Source: an uncultured Sutterella sp. (lineage in GTDB: Bacteria > Pseudomonadota > Gammaproteobacteria > Burkholderiales > Burkholderiaceae_F). From it: a DNA stretch of 64,000 nucleotides. The position numbers were made by a program, and so were the translations under genes. Position 1 is the stretch's first letter. Each line of letters opens with the position of its first letter. Below the pieces are notes generated by a model. The model was given only the letters and a program-made list of their open reading frames with translations, did no database searches and was not told the DNA's origin. The stretch covers positions 723 through 64,722 of the forward strand of contig CAJKMT010000002.1 of assembly GCA_905201055.1 (NCBI GenBank), written 5' to 3'. Shown piece after piece: positions 1 to 11,187 of this stretch.

Positions 1-310
1 AACTTTCCCTGCCCAAGTGACAAGTCGGTCCCTGAGGCCGCGCCAAGATTAAAAGACTGTCATTATCACAGTCTGTGCCAATATCCACTAAGTTAAGGAA
101 ATTTCCAGAGGTTTCACCCTTGGTCCAAAGTCTGCCTTTCGACCGTGACCAAAAAGTCACCAGTCCTGTCTGCAGCGTTTTCTCAAGAGCCTGCCGATTC
201 ATATAACCCAACATCAGCACACGGCCGGAAACCGCGTTTTGCACAATGGCAGGCAGCAGCCCATCAACTTTCTCAAAATCCAATTGTTCAATAGCTTCTT
301 TAGTGAGCAT
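1..310 (-). CDS. hisI: Phosphoribosyl-AMP cyclohydrolase, probably bifunctional HisIE; runs off the window edge
   Basis: Not in the ORF track. Manual translation from ATG at 310 (SD AAGGAG upstream): [38 protein letters not shown]...[12 protein letters not shown]...DCDNDSLL...GPTCH. Carries HisI motifs and follows hisF. Confidence 0.93.
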   Translation of the reverse strand, partial: MLTKEAIEQLDFEKVDGLLPAIVQNAVSGRVLMLGYMNRQALEKTLQTGLVTFWSRSKGRLWTKGETSGNFLNLVDIGTDCDNDSLLILARPQGPTCHLGRES

Positions 311-323
311 TTCCAAATACTCC

Positions 324-1100
324 TTATACCGGGCGCATTTCAATTCCTTGGTCGATAAGCCAGGTTTTTAAATCGCCGATTGATAAAATCTTTTTGTGAA
401 AAACGGAAGCCGCCAGCGCGCCATCAACACCCGCATCGCGAAACGCTTCTAAAAAGTGCTCCCTAGCGCCGGCTCCTCCCGAGGCGATAAGAGGCACACG
501 ACAAACTTCACGAACCTTTCTCAACTGCTCAATGTCGTAGCCGCGACGCACGCCGTCTTGATTCATCATGTTTAAGACGATTTCACCCGCGCCCAGCGAT
601 TGAACTTCCCTAACCCAATCCAATGTTTTCCAGCGCGTACGGCGTGTTTTATTTTCATCACCGGTAAATTGATTGACCCAGTAGTCACCGGTTTCATCGT
701 CATACCATGAGTCAATGCCCACCACCACGCACTGCACTCCAAATTCATTGGCCAATTCAGTAATCAACGAAGGATTGGCCAAAGCGGGTGAATTTACGGA
801 AATCTTATCCGCGCCTTTTGAAAGGATCTGCGCGGCCTCTGCGACGCTGCGGATGCCACCGGCGACCGCAAAAGGAATGTCGATTTGCTCGGCCACACGA
901 CGCACCCAATCTTTGGACACGGAACGTCCGTCCGAAGATGCCGTAATGTCATAAAAGACCAACTCATCGGCGCCTTCATCGCAGTAGCGTCTCGCCAAGG
1001 ACAAAATGTCTCCCATTACCTCATGATTTCTGAATTTCACCCCTTTTACCACCACTCCGTCTTTGACATCTAAACAGGGGATGATGCGCTTTGCCAACAT
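324..1100 (-). CDS. hisF: Imidazole glycerol phosphate synthase cyclase subunit
   Basis: [41 protein letters not shown] motifs. Confidence 0.97.
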   Translation of the reverse strand: MLAKRIIPCLDVKDGVVVKGVKFRNHEVMGDILSLARRYCDEGADELVFYDITASSDGRSVSKDWVRRVAEQIDIPFAVAGGIRSVAEAAQILSKGADKISVNSPALANPSLITELANEFGVQCVVVGIDSWYDDETGDYWVNQFTGDENKTRRTRWKTLDWVREVQSLGAGEIVLNMMNQDGVRRGYDIEQLRKVREVCRVPLIASGGAGAREHFLEAFRDAGVDGALAASVFHKKILSIGDLKTWLIDQGIEMRPV

Positions 1101-1837
1101 TCGATGGCCTCCTTAACCGTAAATTTTTTCTCCAACAACGCCCGACCGATGATGATGCCGTCTGCTGCGCTGCGCGCCACCGCACGAACATCTTCAAGAG
1201 AGCCAATGCCACCCGAGGCCTGCAGGCAGACGTCCGGATACTTTTGCGCAAGCGTCTGATAAAGCCGCACATTGCTGCCGTTAAGTAGCCCGTCTTTGCC
1301 AACATCCGTGCACAACACGTGTCTGAGACCGCAGTCCAGATACTTTGAGATCATTTCATCAACAGTCACCGGGGACAATTTTTTCCACGCGTTGGTTGCC
1401 ACGAAAGCCCTGCCGTCGGCATCCGTTCGGCAATCCAGTGCAATCACCAGACGCTCGCCTCCAAACTTTTTAAACCAGTCCCGGACCATTTGCGGATCAT
1501 TGACCGCAACAGAGCCAACAACCACTCGAGCGACACCCGCCCTCAGCAGCGCGCGAACATCCTCTTCACTTCTTACGCCTCCGCCGACTTGCACCGATGC
1601 TTTAAGCGCTCGAACCAAACCGGCTATCAATGCGCACTGACGATGAGACGGATTTCGTGCTCCATCCAAATCCACAATGTGAAGCCAGTGAGCGCCATCT
1701 TTCTGATAGAGCAAAAGTTGCTTCAAAGGATCGACGCTATATCGGGTTTTTCGTTCATAGTCACCCTGCTGAAGCCTTACGACCGAACCTTCGATTAGAT
1801 CAACGGAGGCGATAATGCCGCTAGACTGTCTCATCAC
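1070..1837 (-). CDS. hisA: ProFAR isomerase
   Basis: [37 protein letters not shown] motifs; lies between hisH and hisF. Confidence 0.96.
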   Translation of the reverse strand: MMRQSSGIIASVDLIEGSVVRLQQGDYERKTRYSVDPLKQLLLYQKDGAHWLHIVDLDGARNPSHRQCALIAGLVRALKASVQVGGGVRSEEDVRALLRAGVARVVVGSVAVNDPQMVRDWFKKFGGERLVIALDCRTDADGRAFVATNAWKKLSPVTVDEMISKYLDCGLRHVLCTDVGKDGLLNGSNVRLYQTLAQKYPDVCLQASGGIGSLEDVRAVARSAADGIIIGRALLEKKFTVKEAIECWQSASSPV

Positions 1838-2435
1838 ACACCTCTATGAAATTTCTCAGCAGCCTCGCGCCCGCCGCGCCCGAGCGCTCCGGGTGAAACT
1901 GCACGCCCCAAAAGTTCTTGCAACGGATCGCGGCTGAAAAAGTTTCGCCATATGTCGTCTCGGCGATCGTGAAGTCACTAACGGGATAGGCATAACTGTG
2001 CACAAAATAAAAATGGTCCCCCGGCACATTATCGAGTCCACGAAAAAGAGGATCCTTTTTACAAACCTGCACACGGTTCCAACCCATGTGAGGCAAAGTC
2101 AGTTCGCCCACGTTGAGTTTGCCCACTTTGCCCGGCACCACGTCAAGCATTTTGACGCCGCCCGTTTCTTCGCTTTCCGCGCCTAAAAGCTGCATGCCGA
2201 GGCAAATTCCCAAAACCGGGCAACGGGCGCTTGAAATACTTTCGCTCAATCCCCTTTTCTGCAATTGCCGCATGGCGGCCGATGCGGTCCCGACACCCGG
2301 CAAAAACAAACGCTCGGCATCGGCCGCCTCAGAAGGCGAAGACGTCACTAGAGGTTCAATGCCAAGACGCCTGACGGCCGACAGAAGCGAAGTCAAATTG
2401 CAGCATCCGGTATCTAAAATCACTATTTTTTTCAT
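1821..2435 (-). CDS. hisH: IGP synthase glutamine amidotransferase subunit
   Basis: [32 protein letters not shown]. Confidence 0.97.
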   Translation of the reverse strand: MKKIVILDTGCCNLTSLLSAVRRLGIEPLVTSSPSEAADAERLFLPGVGTASAAMRQLQKRGLSESISSARCPVLGICLGMQLLGAESEETGGVKMLDVVPGKVGKLNVGELTLPHMGWNRVQVCKKDPLFRGLDNVPGDHFYFVHSYAYPVSDFTIAETTYGETFSAAIRCKNFWGVQFHPERSGAAGARLLRNFIEVCDETV

Positions 2436-3508
2436 TCAAGCACCCCCTTGGAAGAAACCACTTCGTTGCCTTTAATCTCAAGAGCCTGTCTGAGTGCGCG
2501 GGCAAAGACCTTAAAAAGGCTTTCCACCCGATGATGATCATTGTCTCCGGTTGTTTTCAAGTGCAGAGTGCAACCAAGGGTTTGAGAAAGTGAACGGAAA
2601 AAGTGTTCAACCATTTCCGTCGACATATCTCCGACTTTTTGATACTTAAACTGAGCGTCAAAGACTAAATAGGGGCGATTGGACAAATCCAGCGCGCACT
2701 GCGCGAGGCACTCGTCCATCGGCAACACAAACCCAAAACGACCGATTCCCCTTTTATCTCCCAGCGCTTTTTTGAGTGCCTTCCCCAACGCCAGCCCCAC
2801 ATCTTCGATCGTGTGGTGATCATCGACCTGAAGATCCCCTTTAGCTTGAATTTTTAAACCGATGCCGGCGTGGGTGGCAATTTGATCAAGCATGTGATCG
2901 AAAAATCCAATGCCGGTATTGATTTCACTGGGGAAGAAATCGTCCAGATCCACAAAAACACGGATTTGTGTCTCTTTCGTATTTCGTTCAACCAAAGAAT
3001 GACGCGCGCGGGAAAGAGCCAATATTTCCTGAGCGATTTTCCCCCATCCCATTGTCTCTTTATCGTAAAGAAAGGCTCTAAGCCCCATATTGCGGCCAAG
3101 CTCCACATCTGTTAAACGATCACCGATCACAAAGGATTTCTCCTTATCCAAGCAACAGGAATATAAATAGGGCTTCACCAATCCAATTTTCGGTTTCCGG
3201 CACTCGCAGTTGTCTAGCGGTTTATGCGGACAAATAAGAACCTGCCGAAAACAAATTCCTTGCGACTGCAAAATTTGAAGAAGCAAATTTTGAGGCCCTT
3301 CAAAATTTTTGAATGGGAAGCTGTCGCTGCCCAATCCGTCCTGATTAGACACCATCACAAATTCCCACCCCGCGTCACGCAATCTCTGCAGCGCCCCGAT
3401 GCAGTCGGGTTCAAGACGGAACTTCTCAAACGAGTCGACTTGAAAGTCATCGGGCTCAGCGATAAGCGTGCCGTCCCGATCAATAAACAAAATTTTCATC
3501 GGCTTCAC
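2432..3508 (-). CDS. hisB: Bifunctional histidinol-phosphatase / IGP dehydratase (HisNB)
   Basis: N-terminal HAD domain ([20 protein letters not shown]) fused to IGPD domain ([23 protein letters not shown]). Confidence 0.97.
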   Translation of the reverse strand: MKPMKILFIDRDGTLIAEPDDFQVDSFEKFRLEPDCIGALQRLRDAGWEFVMVSNQDGLGSDSFPFKNFEGPQNLLLQILQSQGICFRQVLICPHKPLDNCECRKPKIGLVKPYLYSCCLDKEKSFVIGDRLTDVELGRNMGLRAFLYDKETMGWGKIAQEILALSRARHSLVERNTKETQIRVFVDLDDFFPSEINTGIGFFDHMLDQIATHAGIGLKIQAKGDLQVDDHHTIEDVGLALGKALKKALGDKRGIGRFGFVLPMDECLAQCALDLSNRPYLVFDAQFKYQKVGDMSTEMVEHFFRSLSQTLGCTLHLKTTGDNDHHRVESLFKVFARALRQALEIKGNEVVSSKGVLE

Positions 3509-4575
3509 GGTTCAATCTCCTTTAAAACCGCCGTGAATTTGAATATGAAAGCCCGGCACTCCTCAATTGATCCAATAGAAACGCGTAAAGTGTTCTCCGA
3601 GGCCCCGGGCTCCCTTAGGGCAATCCCCCTGCGCCATAATTGCTTGTAGACAAGTGAAGCTTGCTTGACTTCAAAAAGAACAAAATTCGTCTTTGACGGA
3701 TAAACCCTGCGGACAGCTTTGAGCTTCTTGAGTTCTGCGACAAGATAATCCCTGTTGCGTTTGATCACCTCCACGCGCTGCCTCATGGCAGCAACGCCCC
3801 CTTCAGACAGTGATCGCTCGGCTATCGCGGCCACCGGTTGAGCAACCGGATAAGGCGCAATCACCTTTTTAACCGATTCAATAATTCCGGTATTGCCCAA
3901 AATCATCCCGCAACGCAATCCCGCCAATGAGAACGCTTTTGAGAGCGTGCGCACAATCGCTAAATTGGGGTAAACGGATAAAAGATCGGCAACTGAATCC
4001 TGAATACAAAATTCGATATAAGCCTCATCGATAACGACAATTGAGTTTTGAGCGCTCCTCAGAAGCTTTTCGACATCAGCCCTTTTCACCAACTCTCCCG
4101 TGGGATTGTTCGGGCGACATAAAAAGACAATTTTTATGTTTTTGTTTTGTTTAATTTGCGAGCAAAGCCCTTCAATATCCAAATTCAAATTAGCTCCGGG
4201 AGCCACCTCCGTGACGTTAATCCCACTCGTCTTCGCACTGATCGAGTACATGCTGTAAGTCGGCGCGGGATAAATCACACTATCTTTAAATGGCGTGCAA
4301 AACGTTCTGATCAAAAGTTCGATCGCTTCATCGGCTCCCCGGGTCACCAAAACCTCTTCGGGTTTTACTCCCGCATAATCGGCGTAGCGCCGAATGAGCT
4401 CACGAGGCTGAACTTCAGGATAACGATTAAGCGAATCAAACCGCATCTCAAATTTGGTCGCCACCGGATACTCGTTGGCGTTGAGCCGAATCATTGATTC
4501 AGACTCACAGTCTATTGGGGATACGTAAGGCTCAAGTGTTTTGACAAAATCAGTCACCAGGTCGCAGGGATTCAT
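3505..4575 (-). CDS. hisC: Histidinol-phosphate aminotransferase
   Basis: [41 protein letters not shown] (PLP lysine). Confidence 0.96.
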   Translation of the reverse strand: MNPCDLVTDFVKTLEPYVSPIDCESESMIRLNANEYPVATKFEMRFDSLNRYPEVQPRELIRRYADYAGVKPEEVLVTRGADEAIELLIRTFCTPFKDSVIYPAPTYSMYSISAKTSGINVTEVAPGANLNLDIEGLCSQIKQNKNIKIVFLCRPNNPTGELVKRADVEKLLRSAQNSIVVIDEAYIEFCIQDSVADLLSVYPNLAIVRTLSKAFSLAGLRCGMILGNTGIIESVKKVIAPYPVAQPVAAIAERSLSEGGVAAMRQRVEVIKRNRDYLVAELKKLKAVRRVYPSKTNFVLFEVKQASLVYKQLWRRGIALREPGASENTLRVSIGSIEECRAFIFKFTAVLKEIEP

Positions 4576-5879
4576 AACATCCTTCCTTTTAATTTAGCCA
4601 ATCGCACAGATGCGGCACGCTTATGAGCGAGAAGTTTTTCAGCCTCGGCCAATTTCTCCACAGCAGGCCCCAAAGCCTCTAAGCCTTCAGCGCTAACCTC
4701 CTGAATTGTCATGCGACGTTCAAAATCCGCCAATCCCAGGCTGCTGTAAGTCTTTGCGTAACCGTAGGTCGGCAACACGTGATTGGTGCCAGAGGCATAA
4801 TCGCCACAACTTTCCGTAGACCAATCGCCCAAAAACACAGAACCCGCATTTCTCACATCGGCCACCAATTCCCGCGCGTTGCGTGTTTCCAAAATTAAGT
4901 GCTCGGGAGCGTAACGATTGGAAATCGCCACGCAGGTTGACAAGTCCTCCGCGACAATGATCCGGCTCATTGATAGCGCCACTTCCGCTATGGGTTTGCG
5001 GGGAAGCGTTTGCAGCTGCCTGTCAACTTCTTGAGAGACCTTCCCGGCAAAATCAGCGTCCGGCGTCAAAAGAATGACCTGTGAGTCTTTTCCGTGTTCA
5101 GCTTGAGAAAGAAGGTCTGCGGCCACAAAAGACGGCTCGGCGCCCGAGTCCGCGATAACGAGAACCTCCGAGGGGCCCGCGGGCATGTCAATTGCGGCGC
5201 CGTCGGCGCACTCACTCACCAAGCGCTTGGCTTGAGTCACAAAAGCGTTACCGGGTCCAAAAATTTTCAGCACCTTCGGCACCGACTGCGTGCCAAAGGC
5301 CATGGCGGCAATGGCTTGAGCGCCCCCCGATTGATAAATCTCAGTAACGCCGCAAAGTTTGGCGGCATACAAAATCTCATCGGCAATTGTGGGCGGCGAC
5401 ATCAAGATCACTTTCCGACAACCGGCAATTTTGGCCGGAATTGCCAACATCATGACCGTGGAAAAAAGCGGCGCAGTACCCCCAGGCACATATAACCCCA
5501 CAGAATCAATCGCGTGAGTCACCTGCCGACATAAAACTCCCGGCATCGTCTGCACCACCACAGGGGATAGTTTCTGAGCTCGGTGAAACGATTCAATGTT
5601 TTTCACCGCAAGTCTCATCGCAGACTTAATCTCTTGCGGCAAGCGAGCTTCGGCCTCTTCAATGGCATCATCCGCCACACGGATAGAGTCCAGCGTCGCT
5701 TTATCAAATTTAGCCGCATAATCCCGAAGAGCCGAGTCACCGCGCGCTCTCACATCGGCCACAATGTCCTGAACCGTCTTCGCAATATCGGCCCCGGCAA
5801 GCACAGCCGGTCTCATCAACAGTTCAGACTGCTCTTTTTCTGAAAGTTTTTCCCAAATCACCGGTTTCAAAATAGACAT
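4572..5879 (-). CDS. hisD: Histidinol dehydrogenase
   Basis: [52 protein letters not shown]; start moved to ATG 5879 (MSILKP), downstream of AAGGAGG. Confidence 0.97.
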   Translation of the reverse strand: MSILKPVIWEKLSEKEQSELLMRPAVLAGADIAKTVQDIVADVRARGDSALRDYAAKFDKATLDSIRVADDAIEEAEARLPQEIKSAMRLAVKNIESFHRAQKLSPVVVQTMPGVLCRQVTHAIDSVGLYVPGGTAPLFSTVMMLAIPAKIAGCRKVILMSPPTIADEILYAAKLCGVTEIYQSGGAQAIAAMAFGTQSVPKVLKIFGPGNAFVTQAKRLVSECADGAAIDMPAGPSEVLVIADSGAEPSFVAADLLSQAEHGKDSQVILLTPDADFAGKVSQEVDRQLQTLPRKPIAEVALSMSRIIVAEDLSTCVAISNRYAPEHLILETRNARELVADVRNAGSVFLGDWSTESCGDYASGTNHVLPTYGYAKTYSSLGLADFERRMTIQEVSAEGLEALGPAVEKLAEAEKLLAHKRAASVRLAKLKGRML

Positions 5880-5892
5880 CTTTGCATCCTCC

Positions 5893-6792
5893 TTACTTAA
5901 GCATCTTTTCAATTGGCAATACCAAAATGGAACTTGCCCCCAGGGCTTTCAGTTTTTCCATGGTTTCCCAGAAAAGCGTTTCTCGACTGACCACATGCAT
6001 CACAATCTTGGAGTCATCATCGGCCATCGTAAGCAACGTCGGATGTTCAGCGCCTGGCAAAAGCTTGACCACTTCCTCGATTTTGTCCTTCGGGGCGTGA
6101 AGCATTATGTATTTAGAGCCCCTGGCCTCAAGAATTCCATCAATACGGGCCAAAAGCATGTCCATCAGGAAGCGTTTGTCGGAAGAAAACTCACCCGTGC
6201 GTTCAATAAGGCAAGCTTTCGATCGAAATACGGTTTGCACCTCCTTGAGTCCATTCGCCTCAAGTGTGGCGCCGGTGGAAATTTGGTCGCAAATCGCATC
6301 AGCAAGCCCCACTCTCGGAGCGATTTCCACTGAGCCCGTCAGCAAACAAGGCTTGAAATCGACTGCTTGCTCACGCATCCAGCGTCCCAAAAGATTTGGA
6401 AAGGAAGTGGCGATCCGAAGCCCTCTTAAATCTTCCGGTCCCTTCCACGGCATATCCATCGGAATTGCTATCCCTAAACGGCACTCGCCGAAATCGAGAC
6501 GCCTCTTGACCGTGTAGGAGGCTTCATTGCCCAAGGCTTGACGAGCGAGCTTCATCTCTTCAAGCACTCCTTCTCCCACAATACCCATATCAACAGTGCC
6601 ATCCATCACCAATCCCGGAATGTCATCGTCACGAACAAGAAGAACCTCAACCGGGAAATTTTCAGCAATGGCTATAAGTCTTTGAGCGCGGACGCGAACC
6701 CTGAGGCCCGCCTGTTCGAGCAACCCCAGAGAGTCTTCGGACAATCGTCCTGATTTTTGAAGCGCAATGCGCAAACGAGAATTTTCAGACAT
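5893..6792 (-). CDS. hisG: ATP phosphoribosyltransferase, long form
   Basis: [34 protein letters not shown]-terminal regulatory domain ending [25 protein letters not shown]; 299 aa. Confidence 0.97.
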   Translation of the reverse strand: MSENSRLRIALQKSGRLSEDSLGLLEQAGLRVRVRAQRLIAIAENFPVEVLLVRDDDIPGLVMDGTVDMGIVGEGVLEEMKLARQALGNEASYTVKRRLDFGECRLGIAIPMDMPWKGPEDLRGLRIATSFPNLLGRWMREQAVDFKPCLLTGSVEIAPRVGLADAICDQISTGATLEANGLKEVQTVFRSKACLIERTGEFSSDKRFLMDMLLARIDGILEARGSKYIMLHAPKDKIEEVVKLLPGAEHPTLLTMADDDSKIVMHVVSRETLFWETMEKLKALGASSILVLPIEKMLK

Positions 6793-6850
6793 CGTTTTTC
6801 CTTTAAATGAATTTAGTCATCGACCTTAGAACCGGAAAAACGAGGAGGAA

Positions 6851-6881
6851 ATAAAAAGCCTCCGAAAATTCCTTCGGAGGC
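6851..6881 (-). terminator. Attenuator terminator of the his leader
   Basis: Minus strand GCCTCCGAA-ggaatt-TTCGGAGGC followed by TTTTTAT, about 60 nt upstream of the hisG start. Confidence 0.9.
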
Positions 6882-6967
6882 ATCTTCAATTTCAGTGATT
6901 GGATTTTGGTTGTTGCCGCCGAAAGAATCTTTTCGTCTTCCGGCGCAAGTCAACCATTCGCCAGAGA

Positions 6968-7018
6968 CTACTCAAGCGAATGATGGTGCTGGTTAAGGGC
7001 AACAAATAAATATTTCAT
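6968..7018 (-). CDS. hisL: His operon leader peptide MKYLFVALNQHHHSLE (16 aa)
   Basis: ATG at 7018 with SD AAGGA, His codons CAC CAT CAT, TAG at 6970-6968; lies directly upstream of the attenuator. Confidence 0.87.
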   Translation of the reverse strand: MKYLFVALNQHHHSLE

Positions 7019-7216
7019 AAAAATCCTTTTGAACGTTGTCATTTTGACACTTTTAACCTGTATGCGTATAGGCAATTTATCCTAGTTATTGAATTTTTTT
7101 TGCAGAAGTTTTTTCAATTGTGAAGCAAAGGCGACAAATAGGTTGCAGATCAATCTCGTTGAATCTTTATCGAGTGATTTGATTCGGTAACTCTTTTCTC
7201 ATTTTGGGAGATCTTA

Positions 7217-8450
7217 ATGGTTGGTGTCATCGTTACACTGTTGGTGATCGCAGCGGTCGCCTACTGTGTGCTGAAAAACTACTGGCCGCCTTCCGGGATT
7301 GGGCTTAAACATCATGTTGATTGCGGGTTTTTCTTTCTATATGGACAAAATCGGTGCCTCAAAGGCTCTCGTTAAATTATGCGTGAAATCTTTGTCCGCA
7401 ATCCGTTCTCCGTATGTTCTTTTGGCTGTGACTTATGTCGTCGGTCAATTCATGGCGCTCTTTATCAATAGCGCCGTCGGTCTCGGGCTTTTGCTCATGG
7501 CAAGCGTCTATCCGCTTTTGGTCGCGCTCGGCGTTTCCCGCGCCTCGGCCGCCGCTGTGATCGGCTCGACCTGCTGTCTGGATTTGGGGCCTTCGTCCTC
7601 CAACTCCATGCGTGCCGCAGACTTGTTACAAACCGATGTGGTGACGTACTTTGTGCAAGATCAATTGCCGGTCGCCCTTTGCGTGATAGCCACCGTGGCT
7701 ATCGGCCACTTCTTGGTTCAACGCTGGTTTGACCGTCGCGATAACCTCGTAGGTTCGGGCGGCGCTAAGACCAGTGATAAGGATCTTGAAAAGGCTTTTG
7801 AAGGCGCCGGCCCTGCCTTTTACGCCATTTTGCCGATGCTGCCGCTCGTGCTTTTGATCATCTTCTCTCCGATGGTCTACGCCGAAGTGAAGCTTTCTCT
7901 GCAAACTGGCATCATCGTTTCCTTGCTCATCGCTTTTGTTGTTGACTTCATCACACACCGCCGCTTCAAGGAAGCCTGCCAACGCTCTCAAGCAATTTTT
8001 GAAGGTATGGGCAAGGTCTTCACGTCTACGGTCGGCTTGATCTGCTGCGCTGAATTGTTTGCCTTAGGTATGAACAAGATGGGCGGCATCACGACTTTGA
8101 TTTCCGCTGCTGCCTCCATGGAAAGCGCAGGCGTCTGGGTCATGCTGTTCGTCATGCTTGCCATTATGGTGATTGCCACGATCGTGACCGGTTCCGGTAA
8201 CGCCGCATTCTTTGCCTTCTCGCCGCTTCTTCCTGAAGCTGCTGCAAGCGTCGGTATCAACGCCGCCGTGTTGGCTGTTCCGGTGCAATTGTCTGCCGGT
8301 ATCGCCCGTACGATGTGCCCGATCTCCGGTGTTATCATCGCTGTGTCCGGTATCGCCGGCTTAACACCGTTTGAAATCGTGCGCCGTACAATTCCTGTTA
8401 TGCTCATGGCCTTGGTCATGAACGTAGCCGCTTCGGCGATTTTCCTCTAA
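7217..8450 (+). pseudogene. dcuC: DcuC-family C4-dicarboxylate transporter with an internal deletion and frameshift near the 5' end
   Basis: ATG 7217 (SD GGGAG) reads MVGVIVTLLVIAAVAYCVLKNYWPP (DcuC-like first helix). The body (GRLPGLGLNIMLIAGF...GSGNAAFFAF...IVRRT) is in another frame, and the usual intervening segment is missing. A truncated product from TTG 7299 is possible. Confidence 0.75.
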
Positions 8451-8473
8451 TCGTTTTTTAAAGAGGTATTCTC

Positions 8474-9619
8474 ATGGCTCTTTTGATTAAAAATGCTCAC
8501 GTCTTCGCCCCGAAAGATCTCGGTGTGCAAGATGTGTTGATGGTCGCAGAAAAAGTTGTGGCCATCGGCAAGGATCTTCCCTCCACATTGCCTGACACGG
8601 AAGTGATCGACGCCAAGGGACAAATTATGACCCCGGGCTTTTTCGATCAACACATTCACGTCACGGGCGGCGGCGGAGAAGGCGGCACGGTGACCCGCAC
8701 GCCTGAGATCATGCTCTCTGAGCTGGTCGCTTGCGGTACCACAAGCGTGGTCGGTGTCTCCGGCACTGACTTTGTCACCCGCTCCATTGAAAACCTTTTA
8801 GCTAAAGTCCGTGCCTTGAAGTCTGAAGGCGTTTCAGCCTGGATGTATACCTCCAACTACAGATATCCTCCGACAACAATGTCCGGCTCTGTGGCTCAAG
8901 ACCTTTTCCTGGTGCCGGAATGCTTAGGGGTGAAGATCGCTTTGGGTGACCATCGCTCCTCCTTCCCGACCGTTCAGGAAGTGCTTGCCCTTTTGGCTGA
9001 AATCCGCGTGGGCGGCATGATTGCCGGCAAGACCGGATTCCTTCATATCCACACGGGCAATATCCCGGGCAGCTTCGATATGTATAAGGAAATCGTCTCC
9101 CGCGGTTTCCCGATCAAGCACATTCGTCCGACGCACTGCGGCCGTATCCGCCACGTCTTTGACGCCGCGGTGGAATTTGCCAAAGCGGGCGGTTATATCG
9201 ACATTACGACGGGCGCAAGCTGCGCTTTTGATAACCCCGCCATCGCCGTGATGACGGCATTGGATGCCGGTGTTGATCCGACACACATCACGTTGTCTAC
9301 CGACGGTCACGGCTCTGTGCCGCGCTTTAACGACAAGGGCGAAATGATCGGCTTGGGCGTGGGCGGCGTCTCCGGCAACCTCACCGAAGTGAAGCGCTTG
9401 ATCGGCGAATTCAAGATGCCGATTGAAAAAGCCATCAGCTTTATTTCGTCTAACGTCGGTAAGGCCCTTGACCTGCCCGGCCAAGGTGTGGTTGAAGTGG
9501 GCGGCTGCGCCAATGCCTGCCTCTTTAACGACGCCATGGAACTGACAACGGTTGTCTCGCGCAACCGCGTTATGATGCGTGACGGTGAAATCGTTCAAAA
9601 GGGAACGTTTGAATACTAA
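8474..9619 (+). CDS. iadA: Isoaspartyl dipeptidase (beta-aspartyl peptidase)
   Basis: PGFFDQHIHVTGGGGEGG, RTPE, GVKIALGDHRSS, PTH, STDGHGSVPRF. Confidence 0.93.
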   Translation: MALLIKNAHVFAPKDLGVQDVLMVAEKVVAIGKDLPSTLPDTEVIDAKGQIMTPGFFDQHIHVTGGGGEGGTVTRTPEIMLSELVACGTTSVVGVSGTDFVTRSIENLLAKVRALKSEGVSAWMYTSNYRYPPTTMSGSVAQDLFLVPECLGVKIALGDHRSSFPTVQEVLALLAEIRVGGMIAGKTGFLHIHTGNIPGSFDMYKEIVSRGFPIKHIRPTHCGRIRHVFDAAVEFAKAGGYIDITTGASCAFDNPAIAVMTALDAGVDPTHITLSTDGHGSVPRFNDKGEMIGLGVGGVSGNLTEVKRLIGEFKMPIEKAISFISSNVGKALDLPGQGVVEVGGCANACLFNDAMELTTVVSRNRVMMRDGEIVQKGTFEY

Positions 9620-9631
9620 CCGACACTAATC

Positions 9632-9661
9632 CCTGTACCGAGACCAATATCTCGGTACAGG
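9632..9661 (+). other. Perfect 12-bp intercistronic hairpin
   Basis: CCTGTACCGAGA-ccaata-TCTCGGTACAGG, weak U-tract; mRNA stabiliser or leaky terminator. Confidence 0.6.
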
Positions 9662-9697
9662 TCCCTTTGACCTCAGACTTCTTTGAGGAAACACCAA

Positions 9698-10825
9698 GTG
9701 AATTTACACACCATTGATACGCCGGCTTTGATCATTGACGAAGTCAAAATGGACGCCAATATCGCCAAAATGAGCGACAAAGCCAAGTCGCTCGGCGTCA
9801 CATTAAGACCGCACCTGAAAACCAGTAAGTGCTGGGAAGTTGCCAAACGCCAGATTTGGACTCCTCAGGGGCCTGCCACTGTCTCTACGCTCAAAGAAGC
9901 CGAAGAGTTTGCTGCGCACGGCGTCACCGACATGATCTATGCGGTCGGAATTGCTCCGCAAAAACTTCACCGAGTAGCCAACATCATTCGCCGGGGCGTG
10001 GATTTAAAGATCATCCTCGACAGCACAGAAGCGGCTCAAGCGGTCACACGTTTCTGTCAAGAAGAGCGTCTGGAGATCAAAGTCCTCATTGAAATCGACT
10101 GCGACGGTCATCGCTCAGGTTTAAAGCCTGACAGTGAGGAAATTGTCCGTGTGGCTCAAGCCCTTGAGGCTCCTGCGAAACTCGTCGGAGTCCTCACTCA
10201 CGCAGGCGGCTCCTACGATGTTGACACGCACGAAGCGCTTTTAGCGCGCTCACGCGGCGAACGCGACGGCATCTGCCGTGCTGCTCAAATGTTGAGAAAC
10301 GCTGGCTTTGACATCTCCATCGTTTCTGTCGGCTCGACACCCACAGCACTTACTGACGAAGATCTCAAGGGTGTCACAGAATTGCGCGCGGGCGTTTATG
10401 TCTTCTTTGATCTCTTTCAGGCAGGTGTCGGCATCTGCAAACCCGAAGATATTGCTTTGTCCCTTTTAGTTACCGTGATCGGTCACCAATTGGAAAAGGG
10501 ATGGGTAATTACCGACGGCGGTTGGATGGCTTTGTCCCGAGACAGAGGGACAGCGAGCCAAAAAGTTGATCAAGGCTACGGTCTGGTTTGTGACATCAAT
10601 GGGAAAATCATCGATGGTCTTTGGGTAAGCGGCGCCAATCAGGAACACGGCATCATTTCCTGCCGCAATCCTCAGGGCTTTAATCCGAAGGATTACCCCA
10701 TCGGCACGCGACTTCGGATATTACCCAACCACGCCTGTCCGACAGGCGCCCAGCACCCGTACTACTACGTGGTCAACAACAGTCTGGAAATCAAAGACCG
10801 CTGGAATCGTTTCTACGGTTGGTAG
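9698..10825 (+). CDS. DSD1-family fold-type III PLP enzyme, D-threo-3-hydroxyaspartate dehydratase-like
   Basis: RPHLKTSK (PLP lysine), EIDCDGHRSG, THAGGSY, GSTPT, ELRAGVYVFFDL, GWMALSRDRGTASQ, ANQEHG, PNHAC. Start likely GTG 9698 after GAGGA. Confidence 0.85.
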   Translation: MNLHTIDTPALIIDEVKMDANIAKMSDKAKSLGVTLRPHLKTSKCWEVAKRQIWTPQGPATVSTLKEAEEFAAHGVTDMIYAVGIAPQKLHRVANIIRRGVDLKIILDSTEAAQAVTRFCQEERLEIKVLIEIDCDGHRSGLKPDSEEIVRVAQALEAPAKLVGVLTHAGGSYDVDTHEALLARSRGERDGICRAAQMLRNAGFDISIVSVGSTPTALTDEDLKGVTELRAGVYVFFDLFQAGVGICKPEDIALSLLVTVIGHQLEKGWVITDGGWMALSRDRGTASQKVDQGYGLVCDINGKIIDGLWVSGANQEHGIISCRNPQGFNPKDYPIGTRLRILPNHACPTGAQHPYYYVVNNSLEIKDRWNRFYGW

Positions 10826-10842
10826 ATTCTTAAGCTTAAACA

Positions 10843-10880
10843 GGAAAACTGGAGTTCGAAACACTTCAGTTTTCCGTTTC
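10843..10880 (+). terminator. Intrinsic terminator
   Basis: GGAAAACTGGAGT-tcgaaac-ACTTCAGTTTTCC then GTTTC. Confidence 0.7.
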
Positions 10881-11187
10881 TCTCCTGTGTCCGCACTCAA
10901 AGCACTCCTTTCTACTTGAAAAAATCCTTCAAATAGAAAGCATTGACCCACCGTTCTTATTCCGAACGTAAACCCTTACGGGTTTCTACGGAGAATCAGT
11001 AAATATCAATAGCAAACTTGAGGGGTCTCAACTATCTATTTTTTAAATATTTTTTTTCTTAAATTACAAATATAAAATGGAAAATAGAAACAACGAGAAG
11101 CGAATTTTATTCTTGTTTCCGGCGAATATTTCATTATTCGAACCATTCTAATAACCTTCTCATCTCCTGCCTTTTCGGAGCCTCACT

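Larger units (their letters stand above)
6851..7018 (-). promoter_or_regulatory. Histidine operon leader (ribosome-dependent transcription attenuator)
   Basis: Leader ORF with tandem His codons, then TAGTCTCTGGCGAATG...GCCGGAAGAC...GATTCTTTCGGC and a terminator. Same layout and similar sequence as the enterobacterial his leader. Confidence 0.88.

Noticed and set aside
290..310. Possible frameshift at the start of hisI
   Set aside because: Base-by-base reading gives ATG CTC ACT AAA GAA GCT ATT in frame; the gene is missing from the track only because it runs off the edge.
7140..7153. FNR box upstream of dcuC
   Set aside because: Only the ATCAA half matches (AGGTT-gcag-ATCAA).
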